DNA from: Oligoflexia bacterium
Lineage (GTDB): Bacteria; Bdellovibrionota; UBA1018
Assembly: GCA_963758495.1 (NCBI GenBank)
Contig: CAVWVI010000003.1
Span: 1,024,001-1,088,000, forward strand
DNA: 64,000 nucleotides
Direction of reading: 5' to 3'
A model generated the notes under the pieces. It saw only the letters and a list, made by a program, of their open reading frames with translations, did not search any database and had not been told where the DNA came from. Made by a program: the position numbers and the translations under genes. Of the stretch, positions 55,165 through 64,000 are shown piece by piece (position 1 is the stretch's first letter; every line of letters starts with the position of its first letter).

Positions 55165-56391
55165 ATGAGTCGAACTTCATTTCCTAAAGATCAAATTAAA
55201 GTTCTCCTATTAGAAAATATTCATCCTTTTGCCCTAGAGGCATTTAAAAGTGAAGGCTTTCAAGTTGAAACCCTCACTGTAGCACTCAATCCGAATCAAC
55301 TGAAAGAAAAGATTCGCGATGTCCACGTCCTTGGAATCAGAAGTAAAACGCAGGTCACGGCTGAGGCTCTTGCTGAAGCTAAGAGACTTCTTACACTCGG
55401 TTGCTTCTGTATTGGAACAAATCAAGTCGACTTAGAATTTGCGAAATCGAAGGGAATCCCAGTATTTAATGCCCCTTTCGGCAACACTCGTAGCGTCGCA
55501 GAAATGACGATTGCTGAAATTATCATGCTTGCAAGACAGCTAGGACAAAGAAATAATGAAATGCATAGTAAAACCTGGAAGAAAGTTTCAGCAGGCTGCT
55601 ATGAAATTCGGGGCAAAACTCTTGGAATTATTGGCTACGGTCATATTGGCTCGCAGGTATCTACACTTGCTGAGACCCTCGGAATGAGGGTTTTATATTT
55701 TGATGTCATTTCGAAACTTCCGCTGGGTAATGCAAAAGTTTGTAATTCTCTAAATGAACTTTTGAAAGAAAGTGACTTTATTACTCTCCATGTACCCGCT
55801 ACTCCACAAACTTTTAACATGATTCAATCTACACAATTACAAACTATGAAGCGTGGAGCCTATTTAATTAATGCAAGCCGGGGCACTGTTGTTGAAATCC
55901 CTGCACTTGCCCAGGCACTGAAGTCGGGACACTTAGCTGGCGCTGCCATTGATGTTTTTCCAGAAGAACCTGAAAGCAATAGCAATGAATTTAAGACTGA
56001 ACTTCAAAAATTGAATAATGTCATATTAACCCCTCATATCGGGGGAGCTACCGAGGAAGCTCAGGCGAATATAGGCACTGAAGTACCCGCTGCACTGATT
56101 CGTTTTGTAAACACAGGATCAACGTCCGGGGCCTACAATTTCCCTCAAGTGGATCTAGCACCTACTCAAGATAGCCATCGGATCTTAAATGTTCACCATA
56201 ATGTTCCCGGTGTTCTCCGGGAAATTAATAGAATCGTCTCTGACCTAGGAGCGAATATCGAAGCTCAAACGCTCGCGACAGATGCGGAAATCGGATACTT
56301 GGTCATCGACACGAATCGAGCCCTTTCTCTTGAAGTAAAGTCCGCTATTGAAGGCCTTAAAACCTCTATTAAAACTAGAATTCTTTATTAA
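55165..56391 (+). CDS. serA: D-3-phosphoglycerate dehydrogenase (E. coli-type, with ACT domain)
   Basis: GIRSKT, FCIGTNQVD, GYGHIG, NASRG, TPHIGG.TEEAQ, C-terminal ACT. Confidence 0.96.
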   Translation: MSRTSFPKDQIKVLLLENIHPFALEAFKSEGFQVETLTVALNPNQLKEKIRDVHVLGIRSKTQVTAEALAEAKRLLTLGCFCIGTNQVDLEFAKSKGIPVFNAPFGNTRSVAEMTIAEIIMLARQLGQRNNEMHSKTWKKVSAGCYEIRGKTLGIIGYGHIGSQVSTLAETLGMRVLYFDVISKLPLGNAKVCNSLNELLKESDFITLHVPATPQTFNMIQSTQLQTMKRGAYLINASRGTVVEIPALAQALKSGHLAGAAIDVFPEEPESNSNEFKTELQKLNNVILTPHIGGATEEAQANIGTEVPAALIRFVNTGSTSGAYNFPQVDLAPTQDSHRILNVHHNVPGVLREINRIVSDLGANIEAQTLATDAEIGYLVIDTNRALSLEVKSAIEGLKTSIKTRILY

Positions 56392-56393
56392 AT

Positions 56394-57803
56394 ATGACTC
56401 CAAACGTTTCTAAGAGTTTTTTATCTCAGATAAAAGATTTATTTCCATCTGATTTTATGACTCGGTCTCCCGAGGAATGTGAAGTCTATGGCAAGGATTG
56501 GACTCGCATCAATAAACCCGATCCATCTGGTGTGGTTTTTCCGCGTTCTACCGAAGAAGTATCTCGGTTTCTATCTCTCTGTTCACGCCATCATGTACCT
56601 GTAGTTCCATCAGGAGGGAGAACTGGTTTATCAGGGGGAGCCATTGCTGCAAAAAGTGAGATGGTACTGAGCTTAAGTCGAATGAGTCACCTTAGCCCCG
56701 TCGATACACTCGCTCAAACGGTTCATGTTCAAGCAGGTGCAGTTACTGAATCAGTCCACCATCATTGTGAACCTCATGGGCTGACTTGGCCGGTCGATTT
56801 TGCATCTAAAGGATCCAGCCAAGTGGGTGGAAATATCGCCACAAATGCGGGTGGGGTGAAAGTGATCCGTTATGGGTTGACCCGCAACTGGGTCTTAGGA
56901 CTCCAAGTGGTCACGATGCAGGGCGATATTTTAGAGTTAAACGGAGCGCTCGAAAAAAACAATACAGGGATTGATCTACGACAACTATTTATTGGAAGCG
57001 AAGGGATTTTAGGAGTCATAACAGAAGCTACCTTAAAACTTTCCAGATTACCGAATGCCTGTGATGTCTTCTTTTTTGCAGTGGAAAGTATTCCCGCCGT
57101 TCTGAAGCTTTTTCACGAGGTCAGACGAAGTCCATTTCAAGTGATGGCTTTTGAGTTTTTAACTCAAAACTGCTTAGAATCCGTCATTCAACTCAGAGGA
57201 TTAAAATCTCCTTTTCAGGGGTCTCACACCGTTTATGTTTTACTTGAGATCGAACGTCCGATTTATTCAAACATTCAAGGTGAATTAGATCGATGGCTTG
57301 AAGGGCTATTTGAAAAAGGCTTAGTCCAAGATGGGACATTTGCCCAGTCGCCGCGAGAAGCAAAAGAACTTTGGAGTCTTCGAGAAGGAATTAGTGAGTC
57401 TTTAGCCCATCGTGGATTTGTTCATAAGAATGACATTGCTTTGCCCATTTCGAATCTCGAAAGTTTTGTAGCAGAGATGTACCCTCTTCTTGCTAGACGG
57501 CACGCGGATTTGGAAATTTTTCTTTTTGGCCACATTGGAGACGGAAACCTTCACGTCAACACGATGAAACCGGCAGATATGGATCAAGAAACTTTTATCA
57601 ACCTCTGTCATGAAGGCGACGGAGATCTTTTTGCTTTAGTGAAAAAGTATCAGGGCAGCATTTCCGCAGAACATGGAATCGGACTCCTTAAAAAATCAGT
57701 ACTTGAATTTTCTCGCACTCCACAAGAGCTGGCGCTTATGAAAGGGATTAAGCGAGTTCTTGATCCTCAGGGATTGCTCAATCCGGGGAAAATTTTTGAT
57801 TAA
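56394..57803 (+). CDS. FAD-linked oxidoreductase, D-2-hydroxyglutarate/D-lactate dehydrogenase-like
   Basis: PSGGRTGLSGG, GGNIATNAGG, GSEGILG, FGHIGDGNLH, SAEHGIG, NPGK. Confidence 0.88.
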   Translation: MTPNVSKSFLSQIKDLFPSDFMTRSPEECEVYGKDWTRINKPDPSGVVFPRSTEEVSRFLSLCSRHHVPVVPSGGRTGLSGGAIAAKSEMVLSLSRMSHLSPVDTLAQTVHVQAGAVTESVHHHCEPHGLTWPVDFASKGSSQVGGNIATNAGGVKVIRYGLTRNWVLGLQVVTMQGDILELNGALEKNNTGIDLRQLFIGSEGILGVITEATLKLSRLPNACDVFFFAVESIPAVLKLFHEVRRSPFQVMAFEFLTQNCLESVIQLRGLKSPFQGSHTVYVLLEIERPIYSNIQGELDRWLEGLFEKGLVQDGTFAQSPREAKELWSLREGISESLAHRGFVHKNDIALPISNLESFVAEMYPLLARRHADLEIFLFGHIGDGNLHVNTMKPADMDQETFINLCHEGDGDLFALVKKYQGSISAEHGIGLLKKSVLEFSRTPQELALMKGIKRVLDPQGLLNPGKIFD

Positions 57804-57853
57804 AAATTTTGGAGATTGAGTATGTCAGCACCGTCTATTTGTGAAAAATCAAT

Positions 57854-58251
57854 CTACTGCCTTTCCTGGCACGATGGATTTCCCACAATACTAGGCCTAC
57901 AAACTCCGTTACCAGGCGTTTGCCAAATGTCTATCATGTCGGAACCCTGATCACGGCAATAATCGCTTAACATCCTAATAGCACCTTCCTTAGTTTCACC
58001 GAATGATTCCAAGGTCATTTCGAATTCGCCCAGTACTGTCGGTGTTTTCACGTCGTCGTAGCCCATCGTCAGATCAAAGGTCACCCTCTTTATATAGTGT
58101 AGCGTCGGATCATCATAGGTCTCCCTGGGCTTGTAGTCTTTCGGCTCGATACGATAGACCCTACACTGACCGGAACAGTGCCAGTCCGCATTCGCTGCCA
58201 TTGGAGCGAGATTTAGAGCAAGTAGACCAAAAAAATCGATTTTCTAAGCAT
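57854..58251 (-). CDS. Secreted Cys-containing hypothetical protein; signal peptide out of frame at a T7 tract
   Basis: One extra T at 58229-58235 gives MLRKSIFFGLLALNLAPMAANA-DWHC...; RBS AAGGGG. Confidence 0.6.
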
Positions 58252-58328
58252 AATATCCCCCTTTTCGAAACAGATCCCTAACACACGCAACATTATAAGC
58301 AAGGGAAAGTTGACGAATTTTCTCAAGC

Positions 58329-58352
58329 CGTTGACCTTTGATCGTAGCCAAT
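58329..58352 (+). repeat. 24-bp direct repeat, copy 1
   Basis: CGTTGACCTTTGATCGTAGCCAAT; 23/24 identical to 59484-59507. Confidence 0.9.
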
Positions 58353-58629
58353 AAAGTAGTCAACACCCACCGGAAAAGGCTTATTCATTGTTCCAATGAT
58401 TTCCTTACAATGACTAACCAAGGGAAACAATGCGGGGTTCTTGCACGTTAGAGATAAATTTAATTTTTTAGAACGGATTCGCATTAGCAACATTTGCGAA
58501 AGAGTATTATTTTTTAATTTAAAATATATATTTATTCGGTAGCGAGAGTCTCGAGCTACCTAATGCCTGAAATAAAGGCGCTACCCACTTATAAGGTACT
58601 CTCTGAACTGCAGATACTAGGCAGGTTAA

Positions 58630-58794
58630 CGAGCTCGAACCAAAGAGAATCTGTCACAAAACGAACTTGCCGAAAAGCTTGGCATTCCACAAAGTCATAT
58701 CTCCGATATGGAACATGGCAGACGAACTATCGGCAAAAACATGGCTAAGCGGTTGGCAAAAGCTTTGAGTGTAGGTTATAAAATATTTCTCTAA
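58630..58794 (+). pseudogene. N-terminally truncated XRE-family HTH (HigA-like antitoxin fragment)
   Basis: RARTKENLSQNELAEKLGIPQSHISDMEHGRRTIGKNMAKRLAKALSVGYKIFL*; in-frame TAA directly upstream and no start codon. Confidence 0.75.
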
Positions 58795-58838
58795 TCAATG
58801 CGACCATCCAAATAAATATTGAGTTAGATCTACACATC

Positions 58839-59204
58839 TTAGAAATCTTGGTAGTTGCGCTTCCCGTCTTCCTTTAACTCTAAATAGAATTCGCTCTTCT
58901 TTGACCACAACTGAAATTGAATAATAGCATCTAAAATGATCTGAATTGTTTTATTTTTCACTGTAGGATCAGTGTCAACTAACTTGAGTCCTTCGAGACC
59001 AATAATACCAATTGAAAATCCAGGCGCGTAATTTAGAAAGTTTTTTGTATTTTGGGTAATGAAAATACGGCTAACCAAAAGTCTGTCTGCTATATCTTCA
59101 TCAGATTCGCCTGGCTTCGGCATAATTACGTGGATATTGAGCGCCTTCATCCCCGGTGCAAGCTGCGTTAGATTTTCATCAATAACCACTAAACTTCGTG
59201 CCAT
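58839..59204 (-). CDS. PIN-like protein (DUF5615/Mut7-C type)
   Basis: VVIDENL...GESDEDI...RIFITQNTKNF pattern. Confidence 0.65.
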   Translation of the reverse strand: MARSLVVIDENLTQLAPGMKALNIHVIMPKPGESDEDIADRLLVSRIFITQNTKNFLNYAPGFSIGIIGLEGLKLVDTDPTVKNKTIQIILDAIIQFQLWSKKSEFYLELKEDGKRNYQDF

Positions 59205-59483
59205 GACCCTCATCTCTCTTGGGCAAATGAACTTTGGTTGTTGAAAGAAATTAGTAATCCTAAAATCATTACTCTATTTCGCAATATAACTCTCATTCCC
59301 GTGACCTCAATCAAAATATTATGAAGGAAAAAGAATGCGGATACATAGAGTTTATGTTCGTTTCAAAGCCCCGCTCGTACTTTATCATTCGTTACGCATA
59401 CTTATAAATTACCAACATATAATCTATTTACTTAACATATGATTTATTTATTAAGACGTAAAATTAGCGATATTCTTTCGAGG

Positions 59484-59507
59484 CGTTGACCTTTGACCGT
59501 AGCCAAT
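59484..59507 (+). repeat. 24-bp direct repeat, copy 2
   Basis: CGTTGACCTTTGACCGTAGCCAAT. Confidence 0.9.
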
Positions 59508-59560
59508 GGGGCTCGTTATTTATTGGCGGTACATCCGATCATTTGCTAGAAGAGAAGGTC

Positions 59561-60811
59561 ATGATGCTGTTATTTTCTTCATTTAAAAACTCATCCTCTA
59601 AAGTTCTTTTAATTTTTATTTATTTCACAGCGTCTTTATTCTCTTTACATGCCTCAGCTCAATTACCGGTTAAGGTAGCCAAAGCAATAGTCAGAAGTGC
59701 AATGATTGAACGACCTTTTTTGCCCTTCCTCTTGAATCCTAAAAATAAAAAAGAAGCCTTTCTGAGGGTAGTGGCAAAGTCACAGGAATCACTTCCAGAA
59801 GTAGACACTTCTATCAAACAGCTTTTTATCTGTTTTGAAAAAAGTGATGACCCCATTCACTCAGAAGAATGCTCCGCAGAAATTCAAGAACTGATTATGT
59901 ATTACCTGTTCGAACTTTCAGGGAATCCACATTCGAAATTTTCTGAAAAAGAAAATTCGGAAGCAGCGTCATTTATAAAAATGAATCCGGAAGTTGTCCT
60001 TAGAAAAGATATGAATTTTGGTACTTTCATCAGAATGACTTCCTCTGGGAGAGTGGGCATGCTGAAGGATGAGGTCAGAAATTTAGATCCAAATATATTC
60101 GATCAATTAGAGTCGAAATCCAGTCTACTTGTATCATTCGGTTCATTCATGGGATCGTATCTTCAGCTATTTCCAAATAAAGCAGAAGCTGTCAGTGACC
60201 AGACCATATTTGCTGAAGATGCTTCTCTAGGGAATGGAGTCCGACTTATCTTTAAATCTGATATTCTTACACGCTTTGATTATCATTTGTCCTTTGGCTG
60301 GCCTGGCGGGCAATTTATTGAGGGTTTGTCTTTCACTCCATACGAGACAGATGATTTTTTTATTAAACTTCAAGGCTTGTATAAAGACCCGAAGTCTGTT
60401 CCTGATCTTTATGGCACCCGTGGAATTAAAATAACAAATGAAGTTGTATTTAAAAATCCCATCAGTTTTAGCGAAGTCGAAACAATTTATGTAAGGTCTG
60501 GATACATGAAACTCGCAAGAGAATTGCTGAATCAAAACGGCTATCCTCAGATACAAGTTAGAAGTCAAAGTGATTCACCTTCTGAGATTAAAGTATATCC
60601 TGTGCTATCGGATCGAACCAACACAATGATCAGTGAAGCTTTGAAGAAGTATGCGAAGATGATAAGCAATTTGGAGTCGCCCAAAGCCAATATAGAACTA
60701 GTTAAAAAGCAAGCAACCGAGAGAAGATGTAGTCCAATTGGAGACTTGCAACTAGAAGAATTAGTTGAAAAGAGCCTAGGAAATGTTCTCCGCTTCAAAT
60801 CTTTACTCTAG
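59561..60811 (+). CDS. Secreted hypothetical protein with a possible ADP-ribosyltransferase-like domain
   Basis: Signal peptide ending HASA-Q; GSYLQL...GVRLIFKSDIL..FDYH...NEVVFKNPI....VETIYV. Confidence 0.55.
   Translation: MMLLFSSFKNSSSKVLLIFIYFTASLFSLHASAQLPVKVAKAIVRSAMIERPFLPFLLNPKNKKEAFLRVVAKSQESLPEVDTSIKQLFICFEKSDDPIHSEECSAEIQELIMYYLFELSGNPHSKFSEKENSEAASFIKMNPEVVLRKDMNFGTFIRMTSSGRVGMLKDEVRNLDPNIFDQLESKSSLLVSFGSFMGSYLQLFPNKAEAVSDQTIFAEDASLGNGVRLIFKSDILTRFDYHLSFGWPGGQFIEGLSFTPYETDDFFIKLQGLYKDPKSVPDLYGTRGIKITNEVVFKNPISFSEVETIYVRSGYMKLARELLNQNGYPQIQVRSQSDSPSEIKVYPVLSDRTNTMISEALKKYAKMISNLESPKANIELVKKQATERRCSPIGDLQLEELVEKSLGNVLRFKSLL
60463..60502 (+). repeat. 40-bp direct repeat, copy 1, inside the ART-like gene
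   Basis: CAGTTTTAGCGAAGTCGAAACAATTTATGTAAGGTCTGGA; 39/40 identical to 61142-61181. Confidence 0.95.
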
Positions 60812-60850
60812 GCGCCTAGAAGTCTGAGTTTCAAAACTAGAAAAATACTT

Positions 60851-61377
60851 TTATGGATTGCGAAGCTGAAGCCTAACTTGAACACTCGACCCTGCCCGTA
60901 AAGAGCCAGTAGGCAATAACGCCACTAAAAACCGAGTACTTTTAACCTCGACTTGATAATTTTGATCCTTATCTACAATAAATGAAAGTTCATCCTCCTT
61001 ATTAGTACGTTCCTGAGAAATTATTTCACCATTTTCTGTCTTAAGAGTGATGAAAATGAATGAACAAGGGCTCTGTGATTGGCCGTTGATGATTTCACAT
61101 TGAACAGGAATTGCATTGGGAGCTAATCTGGTAGGTACTAGCAGTTTTAGCGAAGTCGAAACAATTTATGTAAGATCTGGAACCCTGCCGATAACGCCGC
61201 ATCACTTTCAGTAGCGGGAGAAGTCGTCCCATCTTTTGCTTGATAAGCAGTAGTATTATGTTGAGGGTCTGACTCATTTGGATAAAGGTCGACGGTGTGA
61301 GTTGGAGTTGCACATCCGCTTATGAGTAAAATAAAAAGCAAGAATGCGATCAATCGAGCATGAAAAAAAATACTCAT
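60851..61377 (-). pseudogene. Lipoprotein gene (~161 aa) interrupted by the 40-bp repeat
   Basis: Lipobox ISGC; RBS GGAGG. The 5' part ends at a TAA inside the insert. The frame 61141-60851 continues LVPTRLAPNAIPVQCEIINGQSQSPCSFIFITLKTENGEII...VQVRLQLRNP*. Confidence 0.7.
61142..61181 (+). repeat. 40-bp direct repeat, copy 2
   Basis: CAGTTTTAGCGAAGTCGAAACAATTTATGTAAGATCTGGA. Confidence 0.95.
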
Positions 61378-61852
61378 TTTGGAGGACCTCCTGCTGTCTG
61401 TGGCTATCGCTCTCTAAGTCTGCGAGATTAATTTGGGACAGGACTTTTATCAATAAAAAGAACGTATGCATACTGCTCAAATGACAGGCTCTTGTCTGTT
61501 CCTGAATAGATGTGATCTAGCCTGTCTATGATAGAAATCCATTTAATAATGCGTAACGCTTTTGCGTACCGGGAAATTCTAACTAGATCATACAGAAATC
61601 AACTACACCACCCTTCACCGTGCTAGGTCTCTGTAGGTTGTGTACAGAAATCGCCGACCCCAATGTCAGGGACCAAAAACGTCACATCAAAGTGTACTGA
61701 TTTCATCAAAATGACAACGAAATGCTGTAGATGACCGGCCAATCTCCACATTATTACACTATTTTCGATAGACTAGATCCGGCCTAACTGGAAAAATAGC
61801 AAAACTTTGCAGAGCCCGGTCAATTCAGATATAGAAAAATAAGGGGATCATC

Positions 61853-62695
61853 ATGAAAATCTTAACAAAATTTTTGCTTACTCTTCTATTCAATTTCAGT
61901 TGCATTTGCGCTTACTCCTATGCGGCTGAAACTCGCATCACGTGGTATGGACACGCTGCCTTTAAAGTGATCACACCCACCGGAAAAATTTTATTCATTG
62001 ACCCATGGCTCCATAATCCACTCAATCCTGACGCCGCCAACAATAAAGACCCTATCAGTGACATAAAGAAGGCAGATTTCATTTTAGTGACTCATGGGCA
62101 TTCAGATCATGTGGGTGATGCAGTAGAACTTGCAAAAAAAACTGGGGCCAAGCTTGTGACAAATTTCGAATTGGGTACAAATATGGTCAGACTTCTCGGT
62201 TATCCAAAAGATCAAGCGGGCTACGATACGTTATTTAATTTGGGAGGAGAAATCCAACTCGCGCAGGGGGAAATCACCGTAGCGATGACTCCCGCCATTC
62301 ATTCGAGTGGAATGGATGTTCCAGATGCAACACAGCCTATGGCATACGGCGGAAACCCTGGCGGATTTGTCATAAAGATTAAAAATGGTCCGACCCTTTA
62401 TGATACTGGGGACACCGCTTATTTCTCAGACATGAAACTCATAGGAGATACTTATGCTCCTGATCTTGCACTCATTAATATCGGGGGACATTTTGGCATG
62501 ACTCCAGAAATGGCAGCAAAAGCTGCCTACGCCGTTCACGCCAAACAGGTTGTTCCCCATCATTTTAAGACTTTTCCGATATTGATTCAAAATACCGACT
62601 CATTCAGTCGTGCTTTAGCCAAGTTTAAAATTCCTATGAAAGAAATGAAACCAGGGTCATCCTTGGTTTTTGAAGGAAATCATTTAAAAAATTAA
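61853..62695 (+). CDS. Exported MBL-fold metal-dependent hydrolase (UPF0173-like)
   Basis: ITWYGHAAF, IDPW, THGHSDH, AIHSS, GDT, IGGHFGM. Confidence 0.9.
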   Translation: MKILTKFLLTLLFNFSCICAYSYAAETRITWYGHAAFKVITPTGKILFIDPWLHNPLNPDAANNKDPISDIKKADFILVTHGHSDHVGDAVELAKKTGAKLVTNFELGTNMVRLLGYPKDQAGYDTLFNLGGEIQLAQGEITVAMTPAIHSSGMDVPDATQPMAYGGNPGGFVIKIKNGPTLYDTGDTAYFSDMKLIGDTYAPDLALINIGGHFGMTPEMAAKAAYAVHAKQVVPHHFKTFPILIQNTDSFSRALAKFKIPMKEMKPGSSLVFEGNHLKN

Positions 62696-62759
62696 GCACT
62701 CTCACTAAGTACTTTCTGAGACTTCCGCTTTCTTAGCGAATCGAATAAGATCATCTACG

Positions 62760-64000
62760 ATGGAATTGAAAAATATCACACGTAGACCGGCCTTTTGGAT
62801 AACCCAGCTTTTTATTTGCATGATCTGCACTTATTTAGCTGTTCACTTTTATCCAAAAGCATTTCCCATGGTTAATCTTGATATCAAAATGGACCGTCAG
62901 AGTGCGCTTAAACGAGCGAACGAAATCGCTATCCGCAATCACTGGGAGCCGGCGAAATTTCGACAGGCCATCAGTTTCGATGTAGATGAAGAAGCTCAGA
63001 ATTTTATTGAACTAACTGAAGGCGGAAACGCCGCCTTTTCCCGAGTGCTCAAATCAGGTCTATATTCTTTCTATACCTGGCGAGTGAGACACTTTGCCGA
63101 GAATAGGACCGGTGAAACAGAAATTCAATTCACACCTCGCGGACAGTTTTATGGATTTGACGAAAAATTACCTGAAACCTTACCCGGCCCGGCATTATCA
63201 ATTACACAAGCACTGTCGATTGCTGAAGCTTCTGCAATCCAAGACTGGGGCGTCCCTCTTAAGGAATTTAAATTAGTAGAAAAATCTCACGAAATCAGAT
63301 CTAGCCATCGCGTCGATCATACCTTTATTTATGAGCGCCCGAATGATCAACTAGGTGAAGGACGATATCGCTTGAAATTAGTCGTGAGTGGAAATCGGCT
63401 TACTACAATAGAAAACTTTATCAAAATTCCTGAAACTTTTTCACGCCGTTATGCGGAAATGCGATCTGCCAATAATACAATTAGCTCAGTCGCGAGCATA
63501 GCAATGGCCATTTTTTACCTCTTGGGTGGCTGCGGAATGGGATTGTTTTTTCTCGCTCGTAAGCGTTGGGTCATCTGGAAAACTCCGATGCTCTGTGCAT
63601 TCATTGTAGCGGCATTTCAACTCTTCGAGCAAATCAATCAGCTTCCCTTAGCCTGGATGAATTATGATACAGCACTTTCGTCGACTGGCTTCTTATTGCA
63701 GAAGGCCGCAAGTGGGTTAGTCCTCTTTCTCTCCGAGTTCATCTTACTCACGATTTCTTTTATGGCTGCAGAAAGCTTATCCCGACGTGCCTTTCCACAA
63801 CATCCCCAACTTTGGCGAATCTGGGCCGTGAAAAATGCAAGTTCATACTCAATATTGGGTCGAACTTTAGGCGGTTATCTCAGTGTCGGATTCTTCTTCG
63901 CCTTTGTGGTTATTATTTATATTTTTGGTGGAAAATATCTCGGATGGTGGAGCCCTTCAGACATTCTTTTTCATCCTGATAGTTTAGCGACCTATTGGCC
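62760..64000 (+). CDS. Large membrane protein, probable CPBP-family intramembrane protease, runs off the right edge
   Basis: Manual translation MELKNITRRPAFW...AFPMVNLDIKMDR...WRVRHF..., then multiple TM segments. The catalytic motif is not inside the window. Confidence 0.65.
   Translation, partial: MELKNITRRPAFWITQLFICMICTYLAVHFYPKAFPMVNLDIKMDRQSALKRANEIAIRNHWEPAKFRQAISFDVDEEAQNFIELTEGGNAAFSRVLKSGLYSFYTWRVRHFAENRTGETEIQFTPRGQFYGFDEKLPETLPGPALSITQALSIAEASAIQDWGVPLKEFKLVEKSHEIRSSHRVDHTFIYERPNDQLGEGRYRLKLVVSGNRLTTIENFIKIPETFSRRYAEMRSANNTISSVASIAMAIFYLLGGCGMGLFFLARKRWVIWKTPMLCAFIVAAFQLFEQINQLPLAWMNYDTALSSTGFLLQKAASGLVLFLSEFILLTISFMAAESLSRRAFPQHPQLWRIWAVKNASSYSILGRTLGGYLSVGFFFAFVVIIYIFGGKYLGWWSPSDILFHPDSLATYW

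Noticed and set aside
58412..58454. Integron attC site (CTAAC...GTTAG)
   Set aside because: About 41 bp is shorter than known attC sites; it is not repeated after neighbouring genes and there is no intI.
59390..59460. dif/Xer site
   Set aside because: Only isolated half-matches; no XerC-6bp-XerD arrangement.
60463..61181. Diversity-generating retroelement TR/VR pair
   Set aside because: Only 40 bp with one mismatch, and no reverse transcriptase in the window.
61775..61820. c-di-GMP-I/cGAMP (GEMM) riboswitch suggested by TCCGGCCTAA
   Set aside because: The upstream GGCAAA/GNRA/GACGCAAA elements and the closing GGYAGCGG are absent.

Overview
Core chromosomal segment of a Gram-negative bacterium. 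Gene content suggests Bdellovibrionota/Oligoflexia or a related deltaproteobacterial lineage (inference). Left arm: kdsA-pyrG, an XRE/S24 repressor, a three-gene signalling operon, bactofilin, ald, an M16 peptidase pair, an orphan fliL, an outer-membrane barrel, PBP1B, a patatin, an O-antigen ligase, small secreted proteins and dps. Middle: a GNAT toxin-like gene, tRNA-Val, and the tRNA(Thr-Tyr-Gly-Thr)-tuf-rpmG-tRNA-Trp-secE-nusG-rplKAJL-rpoBC cluster. That cluster carries at least 13 single-base indels that look like sequencing errors. Right arm: rlmB, pyrF, ntrX/ntrY-like pair, pyrD, an RsmB-like methyltransferase, an MCAD-like dehydrogenase, rsgA, serA with a D2HGDH-like gene, and an accessory islet at about 57.8-61.4 kb. 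The best candidate for a novel system is the operon at 3719-7914. It encodes a pseudo-receiver/coiled-coil protein, a REC-GGDEF with the Hypr signature (Thr instead of the guanine-selecting Asp, predicting 3',3'-cGAMP synthesis) and an overlapping calcineurin-like phosphoesterase. Other highlights: an unannotated 23-aa Lys-rich microprotein with its own promoter and terminator, a secreted ADP-ribosyltransferase-like protein, a 40-bp copy of that gene interrupting the neighbouring lipoprotein gene, a 24-bp direct repeat bracketing toxin-antitoxin remnants, and a dispersed ~45-bp hairpin element. All family calls come from motif recognition by eye; no database searches were run.
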